21,421 nt of DNA, from NCBI GenBank assembly GCA_042217695.1, contig JBDGSE010000038.1, positions 1-21,421 of the forward strand, given 5' to 3'. The notes under the pieces were generated by a model. It did not search any database and was not told the origin of the DNA. It saw only the letters and a program-made list of their open reading frames with translations. This document shows positions 1 to 8,449 of the stretch, in pieces. The position numbers were made by a program, and so were the translations under genes. This stretch comes from Candidatus Nanohaloarchaea archaeon (GTDB taxonomy: Archaea; Nanohalarchaeota; Nanosalinia; Nanosalinales; Nanosalinaceae). The number at the start of each line of letters is the position of its first letter. Positions within the stretch are counted from its first letter, which is position 1.

Positions 1-1
1 T

Positions 2-152
2 CGCCGGGACTGGGATTTGAACCCAGGAGGGGCGTATGCCCCACCGGTTGTCTTGTCGAAGCGTGCGTAACTCCGCTTCTCGGTCCTCGCCCGTCTCTGC
101 GGGCTTGAGGTTCTCAAGACCGGCACAATCGGCCAGACTCTGTCATCCCGGC
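2..152 (-). tRNA. tRNA-Ser(UGA) with 63-nt intron at position 37/38 (intron 50..112)
   Basis: Reverse complement folds as a tRNA: acceptor GCCGGGA/TCCCGGC, discriminator G, D-stem ACA/TGT, anticodon stem CCGGT/ACCGG, anticodon TGA (114-116), long variable arm GGGGC-ATAC-GCCCC, T-arm CTGGG-TTCAAAT-CCCAG. C32-G35 (CTTG) pairs with intron CAAG, followed by a 3-nt bulge AC|A. CCA is not encoded. Confidence 0.93.
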
Positions 153-286
153 ATATCTTGAAAATAGTGAGGGAAGCTTTATGATGTTTTAATCTGGTAG
201 AAACTGAGAGGTGTTCGGTTCGATGCCTCCTGATGATGAAACACGGGGGAACCGGTTTTTCCCTGTAGCAGAAAACCTTCGATTCT

Positions 287-595
287 CTATTCCATGAGTT
301 CTATTTCTATGTCGACTCCTTCAGGTACGTGTACACGCATGACCTGTCTCAACGCTCTTTCGGACTCTGTGATGTCGATGAGCCGCTTGTGGACATGCAT
401 CTCGTACCGGTCGATTGTGGAAGAGCCTTCCCCATCTGGAGCCTTGCGGGTGGTGACCTTCATGGTCTCCGTGGGAAGCGGTACAGGCCCTGAGACCTCT
501 GCATTGTACTCGTCTCCTATATCCAGGATCTCGTCGGAAAGGTTGTCGACTTTCTCCTGGTCGGTGCTCCTCAGCTTCACTCTTGCCTTCTGCAT
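287..595 (-). CDS. rps10: 30S ribosomal protein S10 (uS10)
   Basis: GPVPLPT, RKAPDGEG and YEMHVHKRLIDI motifs; expected position downstream of EF-1a. Confidence 0.98.
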   Translation of the reverse strand: MQKARVKLRSTDQEKVDNLSDEILDIGDEYNAEVSGPVPLPTETMKVTTRKAPDGEGSSTIDRYEMHVHKRLIDITESERALRQVMRVHVPEGVDIEIELME

Positions 596-617
596 AGAAT
601 AACCCGGGGAGTTAAAT

Positions 618-625
618 CTTATAAA
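618..625 (-). promoter_or_regulatory. TATA box (TTTATAAG) for a probably leaderless rps10 mRNA
   Basis: Lies -30..-23 from the ATG; no SD motif. Confidence 0.65.
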
Positions 626-640
626 TGGTTTCAGGAGTGG

Positions 641-1900
641 CTAAGGGTTCAGGACATGGAACTTTTTGGGGTCGAGACGGGATGTGCTGTACTCCTGGAA
701 GGGACTCAGTATCCTCCTGTCGCGGCTGGCAAGTGTCACCCAGCTACCGATTCCTCTGCCCGCTATTATCCTGTCAGGCAGTTCGTCTCGGGCGTCGATA
801 AGTTCATGGAACTGTTCCTCGGTTATGGCTCTGCCGGCGTTTCTTCCCGCCGGTATCTGTGCCAGGAGGCCGAACAGGATTGCAGCGGCTGCGATGACGG
901 CGAGCGGTTGACGGAACCGTTCCGGGCTTTCGCGGTAGATTGCTGCGAACTGGAAACCGGCGAGCAGGGGGAGAGCGAACTGTAGCATCCCTCCGAAAGG
1001 GAGAGGGACGCCGAGGTAGTATGCTGTCATGGCTGCCAGGGTCCCGAACAGGAGCAGGTTTACAGCCCTGTAGCGTTTCCAGGAGATTGCCAGCCCGGCG
1101 ACCGCTATCACCGGGCCTATCCACGGGTAGAAGCCGTTGAAGCTGGTGGCGGTGTAATTCCCGATGCTGGAGGTCGCGAAGAACAGGAGGTAGTTGGGGA
1201 GCAGAAGTGCTAGCATCGTCCCGGGTATCTTCCAGTCCAGCTCCTTTCCTTCAATCAGGGTGTCCAGTACCGGCAGTCCGACGACGAAGGCACCGAAGAC
1301 CCAGTGTGTGAGTGCCGAGGCGAGCCCTGTCGCCAGGTACCCGGCGAGATACCTCCTGTCAGATCTTTCCCGGTTGATCCGGTAGAAGCTGAACGCCAGT
1401 GTGCCAAATATGAATGCCGAGGCGAACGACCAGAACCCCATGAGCTGGGAGCGCAGCAGTGGGAGAGAGGAGCCAGTGAGGCCGGCGCCGAGAAGCGCAG
1501 GTCTATTCGCGATTCTGTAGGAACGGGCGAGCAGGTAGCTGGCCGGCACCGAGAGACTGTACAGCAGTGAGACGGACAGTATGGTGGCGAGTCCTGCGGG
1601 CAGCACCAGCATGAACGCCGCGATAAAGAGGTGGAGGAATGGCGGATAGTAGAACGTCTCCGATTCCCTGTCTATCACTGCAAGGCCGTCAACGGTCACC
1701 GAGTTACCCTTCACGTGCCACCAGGGATGCATCAGACTGTCTATGTTTCCTCTGCTCACGTCCAGCGCGGTCGAGGTGTGGTAACTGGTGTCAACCCATC
1801 CGGGAGGCACGGTAGATGCCTGTGCCACGGGGAAGGCCTTGACTGTAAAGACTGTCAAAGTGATGGCGGCAAGTACAAGGTATGCTTTTCTCTGATCCAT
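641..1900 (-). CDS. Polytopic membrane protein, probable GT-C-fold glycosyltransferase (~419 aa)
   Basis: Many hydrophobic helices; first-loop PGWVDTSYH then YYPPFLH resembles the DxxxH/YPP signature of PMT/STT3-like enzymes. ATG at 1900 preferred over the ORF-track start 1948. Confidence 0.6.
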   Translation of the reverse strand: MDQRKAYLVLAAITLTVFTVKAFPVAQASTVPPGWVDTSYHTSTALDVSRGNIDSLMHPWWHVKGNSVTVDGLAVIDRESETFYYPPFLHLFIAAFMLVLPAGLATILSVSLLYSLSVPASYLLARSYRIANRPALLGAGLTGSSLPLLRSQLMGFWSFASAFIFGTLAFSFYRINRERSDRRYLAGYLATGLASALTHWVFGAFVVGLPVLDTLIEGKELDWKIPGTMLALLLPNYLLFFATSSIGNYTATSFNGFYPWIGPVIAVAGLAISWKRYRAVNLLLFGTLAAMTAYYLGVPLPFGGMLQFALPLLAGFQFAAIYRESPERFRQPLAVIAAAAILFGLLAQIPAGRNAGRAITEEQFHELIDARDELPDRIIAGRGIGSWVTLASRDRRILSPFQEYSTSRLDPKKFHVLNP

Positions 1901-2015
1901 GAATCCGGTTTTGTACTCTGGTTTAATCAATTCCTTCCCAGGCACCACCGAAACTCCTGGGTTCTAGAATCTTTCCAAAACTTTTTTCTGTGGTCTCCGG
2001 GATACCTATCCTGTT

Positions 2016-3215
2016 ATGTCAACGGAGTTCGGTTCAGGCCTGGCGAAGGCAGATGACGGCTATGAAGCAGGTAAAAAAGCAGCAGATAAAGCTCAGCAGC
2101 AGCTGGACGGCTACCCGGATTTCGCGGTCGTTTTCACCTCTCCAAGGTACGATTATGAGGCGGTGATCGAAGGCGTACGCGAGTATTCCGGCGATGCCAA
2201 GATGATAGGAAGCTCCTCATCGGGAGAGTTCACGGACCGCGAATCCGAGACGGGAAGTGTGACTGTCGCGTTGATTTCGAGCGACGATATGAAGTTCTAC
2301 ACCTCGATAGAAGGAGGCGTAAATGACGACGTTATCGATACTGTGGAAGAGGCTGCAGAGGGGCTTCCCAAAGAGGTCTCCGGCTATCCACACATGGCAG
2401 GAATCAACCTCCACGACGGTCTGGCCGGTGTGGGAGAATCGATTTCTCTTGCAGCCCAGCAGCAGTTTGACGGAGAGATCCCGTTCGCTGGAGGCTCCGC
2501 GGGAGACGACTTCAACATGGAGGCCACTCCTGTATTCACCCGTGACCGGGTTGAGGAAAGCGGTGTTGCACTCGCGGTTATAGCCTCGAAGAAACCGATC
2601 GGGGTATCTGTGGAACACGGCCACGAACCCATCAGCGATGAATCGTTCAAGGTCACGGAAGCCGAGGGCAACGTCGTGAAGAAGCTGGACGGACGGCCCG
2701 CCTATGATGTGTGGAAGGAACAGATCCGGGACCGCGTGAAGGAGAGATTCGATGTGGATATAGATGATGTAGACCCTGACGACGATATCTTCGCCGAGAT
2801 CGGGGCTGTACACGAGTTCGGGATCGTCACCTCTGAAGGAAACTACAAGGTCCGCTGGCCAGGACTTACCAGCTCCACTGATGGACCGATGGGATTCGCC
2901 GTCGAGATGTCAGAGGGTGTTGAGGTCCAGGTGATGGACACTGACAGGGAGAGAACGGTAGAGGCAACTGAAAAGAACATAGAAGAGGCCGCTGAATCCG
3001 TTGAAGCCGACGGTTACTCCGGTATCCTCGCGTTCGACTGTGTCGCAAGAGGTATCGTAATGGGTGATGACTTCGGAGAGCTCGGTGAAACCACTGCGGA
3101 TATAGCAGACGCCTCGCTTGCAGGTTTCCAGACCTATGGAGAGGTCTGCATGCGCGAAGGCGAGCTGAGCGGTTACCACAACGCTACAGGCGTTATCATG
3201 CTTCTTCCCGAGTGA
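2016..3215 (+). CDS. Stand-alone FIST (FIST_N + FIST_C) signal transduction protein
   Basis: IGSSSSGEF, GGSAGDD, HGHEP, LDGRPA, FDCVAR and GFQTYGE..GYHNAT motifs are typical of FIST; no output domain. Confidence 0.9.
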   Translation: MSTEFGSGLAKADDGYEAGKKAADKAQQQLDGYPDFAVVFTSPRYDYEAVIEGVREYSGDAKMIGSSSSGEFTDRESETGSVTVALISSDDMKFYTSIEGGVNDDVIDTVEEAAEGLPKEVSGYPHMAGINLHDGLAGVGESISLAAQQQFDGEIPFAGGSAGDDFNMEATPVFTRDRVEESGVALAVIASKKPIGVSVEHGHEPISDESFKVTEAEGNVVKKLDGRPAYDVWKEQIRDRVKERFDVDIDDVDPDDDIFAEIGAVHEFGIVTSEGNYKVRWPGLTSSTDGPMGFAVEMSEGVEVQVMDTDRERTVEATEKNIEEAAESVEADGYSGILAFDCVARGIVMGDDFGELGETTADIADASLAGFQTYGEVCMREGELSGYHNATGVIMLLPE

Positions 3216-3220
3216 TAACC

Positions 3221-3445
3221 ATGGCAGTATCTAAAGACGAGCTGGTCGGAGCTTTCTCGGAGAGCATAGGAGAGGAAAAAGCAACTGAAATCGTTGAGGA
3301 ATCCGCGAAAGATGTTGGTGTGGGGATCCAGAACCAGTACGAGGAAGAAGATGCGATTCAGGTCCTGGAATACATCAACGACAGGGACGACGTGACCTCT
3401 TACGTCCGGATATCTGCCAACAGCCTGATGACCCGTCTCAGGTAG
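3221..3445 (+). CDS. Small acidic helical protein (74 aa), likely co-transcribed FIST partner
   Basis: ATG 5 nt after the FIST stop; acidic host-like composition; followed by a T-tract. Confidence 0.8.
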   Translation: MAVSKDELVGAFSESIGEEKATEIVEESAKDVGVGIQNQYEEEDAIQVLEYINDRDDVTSYVRISANSLMTRLR

Positions 3446-3448
3446 ATA

Positions 3449-3470
3449 TCTCCCTTTCTTTTTTCCTTTT
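3449..3470 (+). terminator. Oligo-T terminator of the FIST operon
   Basis: TCTCCCTTTCTTTTTTCCTTTT just after the stop. Confidence 0.6.
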
Positions 3471-3616
3471 GTCGGGTGTTCAGTCAGGTCTTTCTAGGTC
3501 ATCCGCTCCAGATAAAATTTCCAGTGTCTTGCGTTTGGAGCTCTGTAAGGGCATAGTGAAGTTGTACTCGAGAAGGAGGTAAATGGAAAGAGAAAAGGTA
3601 GGGGGTTGGGACCCAT

Positions 3617-4900
3617 TTACTGGGTCTCGACGCTGAGAGCCATTCCAGCTCCGACCGTCTGTCCCATGTCCCTGATAGCGAACCGGGCGAGCTGTGGGAT
3701 CTCGTCGTTCTCTTCGATGACGAGAGGCTGCTGAGGTGTGATCTCCACGATCGCGGCCTGTCCCTGCTTGATGTAGTCAGGGTCTTCCTCGATCGTCTCA
3801 CCGGTCTTGGGGTTCATGGTCTTCTTTAGGTCGGTGAACGTGCAGGATACCTGCGCCGTGTTAACGTGGAACACGGGCGTGTAGCCTTCCGAGATAACGT
3901 TCGGGTGGTTCAGGACGATTACCTGGGCCTCGAACGATTCAACGACCTCAGGCGGGTTGTCCGCCGGTCCTGCGACGTCACCCTTCTTGACGTCCTGCTC
4001 GCCTACACCGCGAGTGTTCCATCCGATGTTGTCGCCAGGTTCTGCGGCGTCGATTTCCTCGTGGTGCATCTCGATGGACTTTACTTCGCCACCGATGTTC
4101 TTGTTGAGTCTTGTACTCGCGGGTTCAAAGACGATGTCGTCTCCAGGATTGATCTCTCCTGTCTCGACTCTTCCGACTGTCACGGCTCCGATACCGGAGA
4201 TGTTGTATACGTCCTGTACCGGAATCCTGAGCGGAAGGTCGATGGCCTTCTCGGGTTCGTCGAATTCGTCAAGCGCGTTGAGCAGGTTGGGGCCCTCGTA
4301 CCATCCGAGTTCGTCGGAGTCGTCCGCGACTCCTTCGCCCTGGAAAGCGGAGACAGGTACGAAGTTGACCTCGGAAGTGTCGTATCCGACGCCCTGAAGC
4401 ATTTCGGAGACGTCGTCCTTGATGTCGTTGAACTCGTCTTCTCCGTAGTCAACGAGGTCCATCTTGTTGACAGCGACGATCATCTGGTCGATGCCGAGCG
4501 TCTTTGCAAGGTATGCGTGTTCCTTGGTCTGTGGCTGAATACCGTCGTCAGCCGCCACTACGAGTACGGCTGCGTCAGCCTGTGAAGCTCCCGTGATCAT
4601 GTTCTTGATGAAGTCACGGTGGCCAGGAGCGTCGATGATCGTGAAGTAGTAGTTGTCGGAGTCGAAGTCCTGGTGCGCAAGGTCGATGGTTACTCCCCGC
4701 TCTCTTTCCTCTTCGAGAGAGTCCATCGCGAATGCGAAACCGAATGTTTCCTTGCCTGCTTCTTCTGCTGCGTCTTCAAGCTTTCGCATTTCTTCTTCTG
4801 GAAGGTTTTCGGTGTCCCAAAGCAGTCTTCCGATAGTGGTCGACTTACCGTGGTCTACGTGTCCTATGAATACTAGGTTAATGTGCGGTTTTTCAGCCAT
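3617..4900 (-). CDS. tuf: Elongation factor 1-alpha
   Basis: [22 protein letters not shown] and RFAIRDMG motifs. ATG at 4900 follows SD AGGTGA; the ORF-track GTG start lies inside this SD. Confidence 0.99.
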   Translation of the reverse strand: MAEKPHINLVFIGHVDHGKSTTIGRLLWDTENLPEEEMRKLEDAAEEAGKETFGFAFAMDSLEEERERGVTIDLAHQDFDSDNYYFTIIDAPGHRDFIKNMITGASQADAAVLVVAADDGIQPQTKEHAYLAKTLGIDQMIVAVNKMDLVDYGEDEFNDIKDDVSEMLQGVGYDTSEVNFVPVSAFQGEGVADDSDELGWYEGPNLLNALDEFDEPEKAIDLPLRIPVQDVYNISGIGAVTVGRVETGEINPGDDIVFEPASTRLNKNIGGEVKSIEMHHEEIDAAEPGDNIGWNTRGVGEQDVKKGDVAGPADNPPEVVESFEAQVIVLNHPNVISEGYTPVFHVNTAQVSCTFTDLKKTMNPKTGETIEEDPDYIKQGQAAIVEITPQQPLVIEENDEIPQLARFAIRDMGQTVGAGMALSVETQ

Positions 4901-4946
4901 TGTTTGATTCACCTTTAATGCGTATAACTCGGGTTTACCGGTTAAA

Positions 4947-4955
4947 CTTTAAAAA
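4947..4955 (-). promoter_or_regulatory. TATA box (TTTTTAAAG) upstream of EF-1a
   Basis: AT-rich box about 50 nt before the ATG, leaving room for a short SD-containing leader. Confidence 0.55.
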
Positions 4956-4989
4956 GGGTTTGTGGTTCCAGTTGACTCTGCGGTGTTAA

Positions 4990-5149
4990 AACCTTAATAT
5001 TTAACGGGGTCTGGTGTGAGGTGAGGGTGTTGAGATCGGTGAAACGGATCTCTGGCCGTTTCGGTTGGAACCTTAATATTTAACGGGGTCTGGTGTGAGG
5101 TGAGGGTGTTGAGATCGGTGAAACGGATCTCTGGCCGTTTCGGTTGGAA
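4990..5149. repeat. Perfect tandem duplication of a 79-bp unit (4990-5068, 5069-5147, plus 2 nt)
   Basis: Direct comparison shows identical units AACCTTAATATTTAACGGGG...GGCCGTTTCGGTTGG. Confidence 0.97.
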
Positions 5150-5191
5150 GCGTGATTTCTATCAGTTTTTGATTGAGCTACCGGCTTTTTA

Positions 5192-5707
5192 TTACCGCAA
5201 CAGGTCCTTGACGGTATCATCCAGATAGGTCTTGAACTCCTTTCGGTGGGGGCTGGCGGCGGTTGGATGATCCCAGTAGAGGTGTCTTCGCTGCCCGTTC
5301 TTCTTCTCGTATTCTTCCTCTGTCATCAGTTCTTCCATCTTCTGGGTCACTGTTTCGATATCCTGTGCCGTGCCAGAAAGGTTCACTGTGTAGGGTGTCG
5401 AAACCACGCTCTTTCTCACGTGGCTGTCCTTTACCACGGGCTGAGGGATCATGTCTAGTATAAGGTATTTCTCCGGATTTTCGAGGTCAGGCATGTCTAT
5501 TCCTATTGCCGCAGTATCCTTGTCTTCATCAGTTTCAGGTGCCTTTATGCCGAAAGATCCTGGCCCTCCCGGGGCGTACTCTGCGCCGGTTCCCGAGATT
5601 ATAGGGCTGTCTTCGTATACCCACTGGGCGTCAGATTCTACTTTTCCGTTCTTCACGTCCTCCCATAGTTCCTGAGCGGATGCGCGGAACTCACGTCCGA
5701 ATTCCAT
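5192..5707 (-). CDS. Hypothetical protein (171 aa)
   Basis: ATG start, acidic composition, TATAAAAA about 25-30 nt upstream (5731-5738); no family recognised. Confidence 0.75.
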   Translation of the reverse strand: MEFGREFRASAQELWEDVKNGKVESDAQWVYEDSPIISGTGAEYAPGGPGSFGIKAPETDEDKDTAAIGIDMPDLENPEKYLILDMIPQPVVKDSHVRKSVVSTPYTVNLSGTAQDIETVTQKMEELMTEEEYEKKNGQRRHLYWDHPTAASPHRKEFKTYLDDTVKDLLR

Positions 5708-5753
5708 GTTTTTACTCTCTAATAGTGAATTTTTTATATTGGTGTGTTTTGGC

Positions 5754-6056
5754 TTAACTCCGCCTGGATTTCAACTCCACAGGATTCTGGAGCTGCTCCA
5801 GGTATCGGGGTGACGGCCAACCGTTCTCCCGGAATATCTCTGCGCCGAGTTCTTCAAGCCTTGTGTCGGTTATCTCGCCGTTTTCTTCCAGTACTTCCTC
5901 GACCTCCCGGTATATCTGGTCGCCGATCTCATATCCGTCCCTAAAACCAGCCATACCTATCGAACGGAAATCCTCGGCGATGTTTTTGGCTTCCCGCAGT
6001 ATGTCTTCCGCCACAGAATACGTCCCGTCGAGGTCGTCCAGGGTGTAACGGGTCAT
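5754..6056 (-). CDS. Hypothetical acidic protein (100 aa)
   Basis: ATG start, Glu/Asp-rich like the host proteome, fills the gap after EF-2. Confidence 0.75.
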   Translation of the reverse strand: MTRYTLDDLDGTYSVAEDILREAKNIAEDFRSIGMAGFRDGYEIGDQIYREVEEVLEENGEITDTRLEELGAEIFRENGWPSPRYLEQLQNPVELKSRRS

Positions 6057-6093
6057 GTATGGAAATTGGTAGAGAAAAGTTAAGTCGATGGAT

Positions 6094-6111
6094 GAAATAG
6101 AAAGAGAAAAG
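6094..6111 (-). terminator. T-rich terminator after EF-2
   Basis: CTTTTTCTCTTTCTATTT on the minus strand downstream of the stop. Confidence 0.55.
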
Positions 6112-6125
6112 ATGAGGTGAGGAGG

Positions 6126-8312
6126 TTATTCCTCGAGGGTGGGCATCTCTTCCTTCATACCTTTCCGTTCCCGGATCTCCAGGATCTTCTCCTCCTGGAG
6201 GTTCATCGGCAGCGGCTCAAATATCAGGTCTATCAGGGAGAAGAATCCCTTGCCGTTGGTCGCCGACTTCAGGGCGGCCTCGAAACCGAACAGTTCCTCT
6301 ACCGGGAGCTTGCAGCGGATGACCGAGGAATCGCCTTCTTCCTCCATGTCGATGACGTCGCCCCGCCTGTTGCTTACTTCTGTCATCGCGTCTCCCATCG
6401 TGTCTGTCGGGGTGTCGATTCTCAGGATCTGTTTCGGTTCGATGAGTTTCGGATCTGCCTGGAGGAAGGCGCGCTTCATCGCGTCCTTGGTCGCCGGGAT
6501 CATCTGTGCCGGCCCCCTGTGGATGGCGTCCTCGTGGAGCTTCGCGTCGTGTAGTTTTACTTTCATGCCGATGACCGGTTCGTTGGCCAGCGGTCCCTCG
6601 TCGACGAACTCCTTGAAGGCATCGAGCAGGTACTCCTGGATCTCCCGCAGGTTTTTGATACCTCTCGAGGAGTTGATGAACATGTTCTCCTCGTAGACCT
6701 CGAGGACATTGTCCGCCTCGTCCTTGTCGAGGCCGGCCTCGACCATCGCATCGCGGATTTCTGTGTCGTCGTCGGCCTGCATCTTGACCTCCTCGTAGTC
6801 CTCCTTCAGGAACTTGCGGAGGTCCTCATCGATTGGCTCCATCGATATCTCGAGCTTGTTGTGCCGGTTGGGGGATTTGCCCTCCACGTGCGGCGAATCG
6901 GAGGATATTCCCTCGCGGAAAACGACGATAGGTTCGGATACCTCTATGTCTATGCCTTTCTCCTCAAGGTGTCGCTCGATCTTTGCCTCGATGTGGAGTT
7001 CTCCGAGCCCGCTGACGAGTGTTTCACCGGTTTCCTCGTCGATGTCCACCTGGATGGTGTTGTCCTCTTTTGCCCGCTTTCGCAGGGTCTCGATAAGTTT
7101 CGGCAGGTCGGAGGTCCTCTTCGGTTCGATGGATTTTGTCACCACGGGTTCAAACACGTGTTCGATCTGTTCGAAGGGCTGGATCTCTTCCTCGCCCTCG
7201 AGTATGAACGTTTCCCCGGTTGAGAAGTCTGGCCCGGTTATCGCCGCGATGTTGCCCGCCGGGACCTCGTCTACTGTAAGTTTTCTCGGTCCGGAGTAGA
7301 TTCCTACCTGTTGAGCCCGCTCGGTTTTCTGGGAGCCGAGCCCGTAGAGTTCGTCTCCTTCGTGGACCGTGCCTGAGAACAGTCTCGCGGTTATGATGGT
7401 TCCGGCGTGTTCGTCGTCCTCGACGTTGGTGACAACGCCCACGAGAGGTCCGTCTGCGTCCTGTTCCTGCATGCTCTGTCCTATATCGGAGTCCGCGTCG
7501 CCAGGCCAGACGTGTTCGATACGGTTTCTTGCGGCCTCTCTCGGGTTTATCAGGTGCTGGACCACCATGTCGAGGACTACCTCCTCGATGGGGGCCTCTT
7601 CCCTTAGACTTTCGTGGTCGTCGTCGTTCACGTTGTCGATTATGTCTCCGAAGGTGATGCCGGTCTCCTGCATGTAGGGAACGGAGATAGCCCAGTTCTT
7701 CAGCGCGCTTCCAAAGGCGACTGTCCCGTCGTTGACGGACATCTCCCATTCCTCCGCTGTTTCGTCATCCGCGTACTTTCTCAGCGCGGTGTTGACCTCT
7801 CTGATTATCTTGGTGAACCGTTCCTGCATTTCTTCAGGGGTTAACTGCATCTCCTCGATGAGGCGGTCCACCTTGTTGATGAACAGTACAGGTTTGACGC
7901 CCTCGTTCAGGGCCTGCTTCATAACGGTCTCGGTCTGTGGCATCACTCCGTCGACCGCGTCAACGAGCACAACTACGCCGTCTACGGCCCTCATCGCTCT
8001 TGTGACGTCTCCACCGAAGTCGACGTGCCCCGGTGTGTCGATCAGGTTGATGAGGTAGTCGTCATCGTCGAACTCGTGCACCATCGATATGTTCGCGGAG
8101 TAGATGGTGATCCCTCTCTCCGCTTCCTGCTCGTCGAAGTCCATGAAACGCTGGTCTCCGGCGAGCTTCTCCGATATCATGCCTGCGCGTGCTAGAAGGT
8201 TGTCCGTAAGTGTTGTCTTTCCGTGGTCGATATGTGCCGCTATAGCTATGTTTCTGATATGTTCTGGATCGTTAATTACCTGTTTAATAGCTTCAAGTTC
8301 TTTATCTGACAT
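6126..8312 (-). CDS. fusA: Elongation factor 2 (aEF-2)
   Basis: AHIDHGKTT, DTPGHVDF and NKVD motifs; diphthamide loop LHEDAIHRGPAQ with the His intact. Confidence 0.99.
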   Translation of the reverse strand: MSDKELEAIKQVINDPEHIRNIAIAAHIDHGKTTLTDNLLARAGMISEKLAGDQRFMDFDEQEAERGITIYSANISMVHEFDDDDYLINLIDTPGHVDFGGDVTRAMRAVDGVVVLVDAVDGVMPQTETVMKQALNEGVKPVLFINKVDRLIEEMQLTPEEMQERFTKIIREVNTALRKYADDETAEEWEMSVNDGTVAFGSALKNWAISVPYMQETGITFGDIIDNVNDDDHESLREEAPIEEVVLDMVVQHLINPREAARNRIEHVWPGDADSDIGQSMQEQDADGPLVGVVTNVEDDEHAGTIITARLFSGTVHEGDELYGLGSQKTERAQQVGIYSGPRKLTVDEVPAGNIAAITGPDFSTGETFILEGEEEIQPFEQIEHVFEPVVTKSIEPKRTSDLPKLIETLRKRAKEDNTIQVDIDEETGETLVSGLGELHIEAKIERHLEEKGIDIEVSEPIVVFREGISSDSPHVEGKSPNRHNKLEISMEPIDEDLRKFLKEDYEEVKMQADDDTEIRDAMVEAGLDKDEADNVLEVYEENMFINSSRGIKNLREIQEYLLDAFKEFVDEGPLANEPVIGMKVKLHDAKLHEDAIHRGPAQMIPATKDAMKRAFLQADPKLIEPKQILRIDTPTDTMGDAMTEVSNRRGDVIDMEEEGDSSVIRCKLPVEELFGFEAALKSATNGKGFFSLIDLIFEPLPMNLQEEKILEIRERKGMKEEMPTLEE

Positions 8313-8352
8313 TATCTTTCCGCCTCGATATAACCATCAAAGAAGTTACAAG

Positions 8353-8360
8353 ATTTAAAA
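8353..8360 (-). promoter_or_regulatory. TATA box (TTTTAAAT) for EF-2
   Basis: About 40 nt before the ATG; SD-like GAGGCGG in the leader. Confidence 0.55.
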
Positions 8361-8449
8361 GGGCATCGAGTTCTGTAGGGTCAGCCGTGTTTGATAAGTT
8401 TCATCAGGGGTCAGAAGCTGTAAATACACGCGGCGATGATTGTTTCCCT

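Noticed and set aside
2..152. tRNA-Sec, suppressor or tRNA-Leu(CAA) reading
   Set aside because: Anticodon UGA reads UCA (Ser); discriminator G, the 7-bp acceptor stem and the splice geometry fit Ser
230..270. Hammerhead-like CTGATGA..GAAAC..stem..GTA
   Set aside because: Stem II is a single nucleotide and stem I does not pair
3480..3554. 24-aa minus-strand ORF MPLQSSKRKTLEILSGADDLERPD after EF-1a
   Set aside because: Lies beyond the T-rich terminator with no SD and only a weak promoter; insufficient support
4990..5149. CRISPR array
   Set aside because: Units are identical end to end with no spacers, and no cas genes are present
6490..6545. Loss of the EF-2 diphthamide site
   Set aside because: The HEDAIHRGPAQ motif is canonical
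8302..8337. 11-aa uORF (MVISRRKDNVR) overlapping the EF-2 start
   Set aside because: Its ATG is only 15 nt after the TATA, so probably upstream of the transcription start
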